Positions 23,287 to 23,597 of a DNA stretch of 23,597 nt are shown here, piece by piece. The position numbers and the translations under genes were made by a program. The notes under the pieces are model-generated. The model did not search any database, was not told where the DNA came from, and saw only the letters and a list, made by a program, of their open reading frames with translations. This stretch comes from Candidatus Pacearchaeota archaeon (GTDB taxonomy: Archaea; Nanobdellota; Nanobdellia; Pacearchaeales; GW2011-AR1): the NCBI GenBank assembly GCA_018304175.1, contig JAGVWT010000006.1, positions 1 to 23,597 on the forward strand, read 5' to 3'. The stretch's first letter is position 1. Each line of letters opens with the position of its first letter.

Positions 23287-23597
23287 ATGGCACCAATAAT
23301 TAAGGTAAGTGATGAAGTTCTGAAAGGACTTGACAATCTTAGAGTGGCTTACGAACTTGAAAGAGCGGAACCAACTCAAAGAAACGAACAAAATGAAACT
23401 TCCCTCAATTTAGAAAAAGACTTTATCAAACTTCCATCAGGAATTTATGTTGCGAAAGAAAAAACTCTTCATGGCAAGAATTGGTTTGATTCTCATAAAG
23501 CACTTCAAGAACAAGGAAAAAGAATGTTAATACCTCTAGAATTTGTTGAGTTCTTGAAATACACAAGGGAAAACTTTCCAGAAATCTATCGTGATGT
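23287..23597 (+). CDS. Hypothetical protein (partial, runs off the right edge)
   Basis: ATG at 23287, open to the edge: MAPIIKVSDEV...GIYVAKEKTLHGKNWFDSHKALQEQGKRMLIPLEFVEF; TTTATAAA upstream. Confidence 0.8.
   Translation, partial: MAPIIKVSDEVLKGLDNLRVAYELERAEPTQRNEQNETSLNLEKDFIKLPSGIYVAKEKTLHGKNWFDSHKALQEQGKRMLIPLEFVEFLKYTRENFPEIYRD

Overview
AT-rich archaeal chromosome segment, most likely a DPANN lineage such as Pacearchaeota (inferred from PolD, Cdc6, archaeal r-proteins, a divergent uS11 and compact gene spacing). Left part: a cdc6-DP1-nucleotidase-DP2 operon on the minus strand beside a 767-bp intergenic region that looks like oriC (inverted ORB-like boxes around an AT-rich repeat tract). 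Next to it lie a PRC-barrel gene, a 12-bp x5 tandem repeat, a SecB-like gene and three winged-HTH genes. Two of these are convergent coiled-coil/wHTH paralogues carrying DNA repeats and the best ORB-like box inside their own coding sequences, which is my main candidate for an undescribed origin-linked chromosome-organising module. Middle: a solo serine recombinase with a palindromic site in its promoter and a coupled 36-aa ORF, then rpl18e-rpl13-rps9 with a structured leader and an in-frame, synonymously diverged duplicate of the uS9 tail, a bacterial-type AroK-like kinase, tRNA-Leu(CAA), 5S rRNA, Rpp21, rpoN and a MacB-like ABC/S-layer cluster. Right: rpl21e-rpoF-DUF655-rps13-rps4-rps11-rpoD and three tRNAs, including a tRNA-Leu whose stem register gives the A34 anticodon AAG (very unusual in archaea) and an att-like 25-bp duplication of the tRNA-Arg 3' end. 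All family assignments are from motif recognition by eye; no database searches were run.
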